NCBI GenBank assembly: GCA_040402595.1
Contig: JBBAMI010000001.1
Coordinates: 109,629 to 173,628 of the forward strand
DNA: 64,000 bases
DNA from: Aquiluna sp.
Lineage (GTDB): Bacteria; Actinomycetota; Actinomycetes; Actinomycetales; Microbacteriaceae
Reading direction: 5' to 3'
Shown: one piece after another, positions 60,121 to 64,000 of the stretch
Layout: the number at the start of each line of letters is the position of its first letter
Numbering within the stretch: the first letter of the stretch is position 1
Notes under the pieces: model-generated
What the model was told of the DNA's origin: nothing
Database searches by the model: none
What the model saw: only the letters and a program-made list of their open reading frames with translations
Position numbers and translations under genes: made by a program

Positions 60121-61797
60121 GTGCAAACACCTCCAGCCCTCAAAAAAGACACGCTTCGGATAATTCCACTCGGCGGGGTCGGGGAAATTGGTCGAAACTG
60201 CACGGTCTTTGAAATCAATGATCAAATTCTGATCGTTGACTGCGGTGTGCTTTTCCCCGAGGAGTCTCAGCCAGGTGTTGATCTAATTCTTCCCGATCTT
60301 GGGTATCTGGCAGACAAACTTGATCGTATTGCCGGCCTAGTTCTGACTCATGGCCACGAGGATCACATTGGTGGCATCCCATATCTTTTGAAGATGCGAC
60401 CAGATATTCCAATTTATGGTTCCAAGCTAACTATCGCTTTCATTCAAGAAAAGCTTGCTGAGCACCGTCTCACGGCGAAGGTCCAACTGGTTAGCGAAGG
60501 GATGAAGAGCGCAATTGGCGGTTTCGAGTGTGAATACGTGGCTGTCAACCACTCAATTCCCGATGCCCTGGCCGTCATCATTCGCTCGAAGGCAGGTGTG
60601 GTGCTTGCCACCGGTGACTTCAAGATGGACCAGCTGCCGCTTGATGGCAGACTCACTGACCTCAGGGCATTTGCAAAAGTTGGCGAGGAGGGCGTCGACC
60701 TGTTCATGGTCGATTCAACCAACGCCGATATTCCTGGCTTTACTCCTCTGGAGCGAGACATCGGGCCTGTCATCGAGGGCGTTATATCCAGAACCAGGGG
60801 AAAGGTCGTGGTGGCGTCTTTTGCCTCGCACGTCCATAGAGTTCAGCAGGTAATTGAAGCTGCGCTGAACAATGATCGCAAGGTCGTGTTTGTTGGTCGC
60901 AGCATGGTGAAGAACATGAAGATTGCAGCAGAGCTGGGCTTCCTTCACATCCCGGATGGCGCAGTGGTCGATCTGAGTGAAGCTGCCGATTTGCCCGACC
61001 ACAGCCTGGTCTTTATGTCAACGGGTTCGCAGGGTGAACCGATGGCGGTGCTTTCAAGGATTGCTAATCAGGATCATCAAATTGAGATTGGCGAAAATGA
61101 CACGGTTCTTTTAGCAAGCTCGATGATTCCTGGCAATGAAAATGCGGTCTATCGGGTAATCGATGGACTCACTCGCCTGGGAGCGAATGTGGTGCACAAG
61201 GGCAATGCCAACGTTCACGTCTCCGGTCACTCGGCGGCTGGGGAGCTGCTCTACTGCTACAACGTCATCAAGCCAAAGAATGTAATGCCAATTCACGGCG
61301 AATACAGACACTTGATGGCCAATGCCAAACTTGCCAAGAGAACCGGCATCAAAGAAGAAAACATTATCGTCGCTGAAGATGGCAGCGTCGTTGACCTGGC
61401 GGCGGGTAAAGCTGAAATCGTCGGCAAGATTCCCTGCGACATGCTTTATGTCGATGGTCAAGCGGTTGGAAAAATTACTGAAGACGATTTGCAGGACAGA
61501 AGAACATTGGCTGCCGAGGGTTTCATCTCCATATTCGCCGTGGTAAACAAAGAAACGGGTGAACTCGTCGAAGGACCAGCAATCAGAGCCAGAGCTTACG
61601 CTGAAGAAGATCATGTCTTTGACGACATCTTGCCTGCGATTCAGCAGGCTCTCAGGCAAGCTGCCAGCGATGGTGTTAGGGACAGCCATCAATTCCAGCA
61701 GGTGATTCGCAAAACGGTCGGATCTTGGGTGGCAAAGGCCCATCGCCGAAGGCCAGTCATCATTCCAATCGTTGTCTACTCTTCTCGCCCTGCCTAA
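60121..61797 (+). CDS. rnj: Ribonuclease J
   Basis: 558 aa. Metallo-beta-lactamase/beta-CASP motifs LTHGHEDHIGG and HVSGHS. The GTG start immediately follows the dapA stop. Confidence 0.95.
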   Translation: MQTPPALKKDTLRIIPLGGVGEIGRNCTVFEINDQILIVDCGVLFPEESQPGVDLILPDLGYLADKLDRIAGLVLTHGHEDHIGGIPYLLKMRPDIPIYGSKLTIAFIQEKLAEHRLTAKVQLVSEGMKSAIGGFECEYVAVNHSIPDALAVIIRSKAGVVLATGDFKMDQLPLDGRLTDLRAFAKVGEEGVDLFMVDSTNADIPGFTPLERDIGPVIEGVISRTRGKVVVASFASHVHRVQQVIEAALNNDRKVVFVGRSMVKNMKIAAELGFLHIPDGAVVDLSEAADLPDHSLVFMSTGSQGEPMAVLSRIANQDHQIEIGENDTVLLASSMIPGNENAVYRVIDGLTRLGANVVHKGNANVHVSGHSAAGELLYCYNVIKPKNVMPIHGEYRHLMANAKLAKRTGIKEENIIVAEDGSVVDLAAGKAEIVGKIPCDMLYVDGQAVGKITEDDLQDRRTLAAEGFISIFAVVNKETGELVEGPAIRARAYAEEDHVFDDILPAIQQALRQAASDGVRDSHQFQQVIRKTVGSWVAKAHRRRPVIIPIVVYSSRPA

Positions 61798-61832
61798 GCA
61801 GGATTTTCCCAACCCCTTGCTAACTTTTTAGC

Positions 61833-64000
61833 ATGGCTGGAAAGACCAAGCCGCCCAGCCGAGCGGGCGGCAAGACGCGCTCGCGTTCAGCCGCACCCAA
61901 AGCCAAATCAGATAGAAACTTCTTCGACTACATCCAGCGGGGATACATGGCGACCGCTCACGCTATCGGCGGACTGGTCAGATCTTTCAGCAAAGAAATT
62001 AGGGACGATGAAAGACGCGACGGGCTGCCATTCGCCCTTTTTATCCTTAGCGTTCTAGGGGTTTTGTTCGCCTGGTTCCTAAGCAATGAGGCCTGGGCAG
62101 TGGTTCTTCACCAGTTCACATTTGGGCTGCTATTCGGATTGGTTAGCTACGGCCTGCCAGTGGTGCTGTTTGCCTACTCCATGTTTCTGTTCCGCCACCC
62201 ATCTTCGCTGCGCGACTCAACCAGATTTGCCCTCGGATTTTGGCTTTTCCTTTCCGTACTCTCTGGTTTCTTTCACGTCTTTTCGGCCCTGCCCTCTCCC
62301 AGTGATGGGGTGCCGGCGCTCGCCACAGCCGGGGGACTCTTTGGTTGGCTAATAGGTGGACCGCTGAACGCCCTTCTCACAATCTGGGGTGCGGTTCCTG
62401 CACTGGTGCTGCTTTCAGTCGCGTCCTTGCTGATTATGACCGGGACACCTCCGGGCCGAATCGTAGATCGCATTCAAGAGCTCTATCGATTCCTCTTTAA
62501 CGTCACTGAGGAAAAACAAAAGAAGAAAAAGATTGAAACTGAAAGTAAGTGGTGGGGTGCGAAGAAGGAAGAACCAAAAGCTTTTGAGACCCCTCTCGAA
62601 ATAATCGACGAACCCGAGGTCGATGTTCTGCCAGAGCTTGATTTACCGACAGAAGAAAGTGACGAACCAGACCTGGACTTCTTCAAGGCTGAAGAGGGAG
62701 TAACTGAGCCAATCGACATTCCCGCTCCGCGTGAGAAGAAACCATACGTTTTACCTGGGCTTGGCATTTTGGCTGCAGGGTCACCTGCGAAGTCGGCCAG
62801 CAGCGTAAACAATCAGGTTGCTGCCGCGATTGATGCTGTCTTCCAAGAGTTTGATGTTGATGCCAAGGTTTCTGGTTTTCAACGGGGCCCAACGGTCACA
62901 CGCTATGAGGTTGAACTCGCACCTGGTGTGAAGGTTGAGGCGGTAACCAGGCTGACCAACAATATTTCTTACGCTGTGGCTTCAAATGAAGTAAGAATTC
63001 TTTCGCCGATTCCTGGCAAGAGTGCGATTGGTATCGAAATTCCCAATTCGGATAGGGAGATAGTTACCCTCGGGGATGTGCTTCGCAGTAAAAACGCTCA
63101 GGCCGCCAGTCATCCGCTCACCATTGGTGTTGGTAAAGATGTCGAGGGCGGCTATCTGGTTGCAAACATTGCGAAAATGCCGCACCTTTTGGTGGCGGGT
63201 GCAACCGGAGCAGGAAAATCAAGCTTTGTAAATTCAATGATTGCCTCGGTCTTGATGCGAGCGACACCGGCAGAAGTTCGACTTGTCCTGATTGATCCAA
63301 AGCGCGTGGAATTGGCTGCCTACCAGGGAGTGCCTCACCTTGTCACACCGATCATCACAAACCCCAAGAAGGCAGCCGAAGCCTTGCAGTGGGTGGTTCG
63401 GGAGATGGATTCTCGCTACGACGATTTGGCATCCTTTGGCTTTAAGCACATCGATGATTTCAACCGTGCGGTCGTCGCTGGCGAGATTTCTCCTCCCGCT
63501 GGTTCTAAACGTGAGCTAATCCCTTACCCCTATCTGCTAGTCGTTGTCGATGAGTTGGCTGATTTGATGATTGTTGCCCCTCGAGATGTTGAAGACGCCA
63601 TTGTTCGCATCACTCAGCTGGCCAGAGCCAGCGGTATTCATCTAGTGCTGGCCACCCAGCGTCCTTCCGTAGATGTCGTCACCGGTCTGATTAAGGCGAA
63701 CGTGCCCTCCCGCCTGGCATTCTCCGTGTCATCACTCACTGACTCACGTGTGATTTTGGATGGTCCTGGAGCCGAGAAGTTAGTTGGTCAAGGCGATGCT
63801 CTGTTTGCCCCGATGGGATCGAATAAGCCAATTCGTGTCCAAGGTGCCTGGGTTAGTGAACCTGAGCTACACAAACTGGTGGCTCACGTGAAGTCTCAGA
63901 TGGATCCTGAATATCGCAGCGATGTCACCGTGGCACAGCAGTCTCGGATCGTTGACAGTGAAATCGGAGACGATCTGGATCTACTTCTGGCGGCTTGTGA
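61833..64000 (+). CDS. ftsK: DNA translocase FtsK (5' portion, continues beyond the window)
   Basis: This ORF is not in the ORF track because it has no stop inside the window. ATG 61833 (MAGKTKPPS...), 4 TM helices, an acidic linker, then motor motifs [17 protein letters not shown] and [10 protein letters not shown]. Confidence 0.92.
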   Translation, partial: MAGKTKPPSRAGGKTRSRSAAPKAKSDRNFFDYIQRGYMATAHAIGGLVRSFSKEIRDDERRDGLPFALFILSVLGVLFAWFLSNEAWAVVLHQFTFGLLFGLVSYGLPVVLFAYSMFLFRHPSSLRDSTRFALGFWLFLSVLSGFFHVFSALPSPSDGVPALATAGGLFGWLIGGPLNALLTIWGAVPALVLLSVASLLIMTGTPPGRIVDRIQELYRFLFNVTEEKQKKKKIETESKWWGAKKEEPKAFETPLEIIDEPEVDVLPELDLPTEESDEPDLDFFKAEEGVTEPIDIPAPREKKPYVLPGLGILAAGSPAKSASSVNNQVAAAIDAVFQEFDVDAKVSGFQRGPTVTRYEVELAPGVKVEAVTRLTNNISYAVASNEVRILSPIPGKSAIGIEIPNSDREIVTLGDVLRSKNAQAASHPLTIGVGKDVEGGYLVANIAKMPHLLVAGATGAGKSSFVNSMIASVLMRATPAEVRLVLIDPKRVELAAYQGVPHLVTPIITNPKKAAEALQWVVREMDSRYDDLASFGFKHIDDFNRAVVAGEISPPAGSKRELIPYPYLLVVVDELADLMIVAPRDVEDAIVRITQLARASGIHLVLATQRPSVDVVTGLIKANVPSRLAFSVSSLTDSRVILDGPGAEKLVGQGDALFAPMGSNKPIRVQGAWVSEPELHKLVAHVKSQMDPEYRSDVTVAQQSRIVDSEIGDDLDLLLAAC

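Noticed and set aside
61111-61812. 233-aa minus-strand ORF inside rnj, the longest antisense ORF in the window
   Set aside because: It is entirely embedded in the strongly supported RNase J gene. The peptide has no recognisable motifs or hydrophobic-core periodicity, and no start context or intergenic flank exists. I treat it as a chance open frame.

Overview
Dense chromosomal window (about 65 CDS, one tRNA) from a compact, medium-GC actinobacterium. The lineage guess, a streamlined Microbacteriaceae-like organism, is inference from protein motifs and gene order only. Two conserved actinobacterial housekeeping blocks are recognisable. Block 1 (0.1-20.6 kb): rph'-rdgB, tRNA-Arg, argS-lysA-hom-thrC-thrB, rho, prfA-prmC-tsaC-wecA and the complete atpIBEFHAGDC operon, the same order as M. 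tuberculosis Rv1292-Rv1311 but without rpmE between rho and prfA. Block 2 (35.5-64 kb): rseP-ispG-proS-nusA-infB-rbfA-truB, ribF, rpsO-pnp-M16 peptidase-dapB, thyX-dapA-rnj-ftsK. A pstCAB-pstS locus plus a degenerate PstS paralogue sits between truB and ribF. Between the blocks (20.6-35.4 kb) lies a less conserved segment: yaaA, a minus-strand ogt-tag-ECF sigma-membrane protein string, an orphan ORF, and an Lrp-associated polyamine/GABA catabolic cluster with a PotABCD-type importer. Coding density is extreme, with many ATGA/TAATG start-stop overlaps and convergent genes separated by 0-3 nt. I found no mobile elements, CRISPR arrays, prophage remnants or recognisable defence, toxin or secretion genes, and I cannot honestly point to a clear novel multi-gene system. 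The most unusual items are: (a) alkylation-repair genes apparently strung together with an ECF sigma and a non-canonical membrane partner; (b) a PstS-fold lipoprotein whose phosphate-ligand motifs are replaced; (c) a Rho lacking the N-terminal helix bundle; (d) a thioredoxin/DUF4395 membrane pair carrying CxxC motifs; (e) an orphan ORF running 300 nt antisense into its neighbour; (f) loss of rimP and ylxR around nusA. All functional calls rest on motifs read by eye; no database search was run.
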